From a virus: 64,000 bases of DNA. A model generated the notes under the pieces. That model had not been told where the DNA came from. It ran no database searches and saw only the letters and a program-made list of their open reading frames with translations. Positions 63,481 to 64,000 of this stretch are shown here, piece by piece; position 1 is the stretch's first letter; every line of letters begins with the position of its first letter. Where the stretch lies: IMG/VR virus record IMGVR_UViG_3300028394_003336; one strand, written 5' to 3'. A program made the position numbers and the translations under genes.

Positions 63481-64000
63481 GTTCAATTTATGGTTTTTTT
63501 GGTGGGTCTCATAGTCCAGCAACATCACTTGTAATTGATGGTGAAATTGTTTGTTGTATTGAAGAAGAAAGAATCACCCGTATTAAAGCTGGAGATAACT
63601 TTGATGCAGTTGCAGAACAATCATCAAAAGTTGTGGAAGACTATTGTGATTTAAAGATATTAGACTCTGACCATAGGGTATTTGTTGAACCCCTAACCGA
63701 TAGATTTGCGAACCAAATTACAAACAACAATTACGAAAGAGTAAGTCATCACGACGCTCATTGTTATGGTTCCTATTTTACAAGTGGAATGGACGGAAAA
63801 GTTTTAACTATTTCCTATGATGGTGGTGGAGATATGTCGGTTATGAAAGTCTATATGTGTGAAGATGGTAAAATGAACTTATTATACAGTTACGATATGT
63901 GTAACACAGGAAGTTTGGCACATCTTTGGGCTTTCAGTACAAATGGTATAATGGGATATACCTCAGCTTTTGAAGGTGTGTGGAAAATGTGTAAAGATGA
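63477..64000 (+). CDS. Second CmcH/NodU carbamoyltransferase (3'-partial)
   Basis: MSSIYGFFGGSHSP...IEEERITRIK...HHDAH...YDGGGD; ATGA overlap; runs off the window. Confidence 0.85.
   Translation, partial: MSSIYGFFGGSHSPATSLVIDGEIVCCIEEERITRIKAGDNFDAVAEQSSKVVEDYCDLKILDSDHRVFVEPLTDRFANQITNNNYERVSHHDAHCYGSYFTSGMDGKVLTISYDGGGDMSVMKVYMCEDGKMNLLYSYDMCNTGSLAHLWAFSTNGIMGYTSAFEGVWKMCKD

Noticed and set aside
1-64000. Stop-codon reassignment as seen in some large phages
   Set aside because: Core genes (gp17, gp20, gp23, clpC) are full length in the standard bacterial code, and no suppressor tRNA was found.

Overview
A 64-kb AT-rich segment of a large T4-like (jumbo/huge-type) tailed phage genome. The host is probably a Bacteroidota member, judged from TAnnTTTG promoters, lack of obvious Shine-Dalgarno motifs, DUF4494, a ClpC and a D-S-T-rich lipoprotein. 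In order, the window holds: (1) a glycan-modification block (GT2/GT4/GT10/GT11, FkbM/TylF methyltransferases, epimerases) with phoH; (2) a gp55-like late sigma factor and structural genes; (3) the head-morphogenesis cluster on the minus strand (gp23, scaffold, gp21, gp20, gp17) with a ribosomal protein bS21 gene inside it; (4) a proteostasis/translation block (nucleotidyltransferase, KTSC, Hsp20, N-domain-less ClpC, peptidases, tmRNA); (5) an array of 22 tRNAs on the minus strand interleaved with unassigned structured RNAs; (6) an HNH gene and tandem carbamoyltransferases. The main discovery is that two tRNA sub-clusters are each preceded by a late promoter, an unannotated leader ORF and a terminator/antiterminator pair. 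The codons of each leader match the tRNAs directly downstream. The first 15 codons of leader 1 (MRHIVFSKQQEICWY) map onto all 14 downstream tRNAs, including ATA/Ile2, AGT/Ser-GCT and CGT/Arg-ACG. The core of leader 2 (NTGNTPTTPNGDTGT) uses only the amino acids of its 6 downstream tRNAs. This looks like a ribosome-stalling attenuator that audits the tRNA pool and switches on phage replacement tRNAs. All calls were made by eye; no database searches or folding programs were run.
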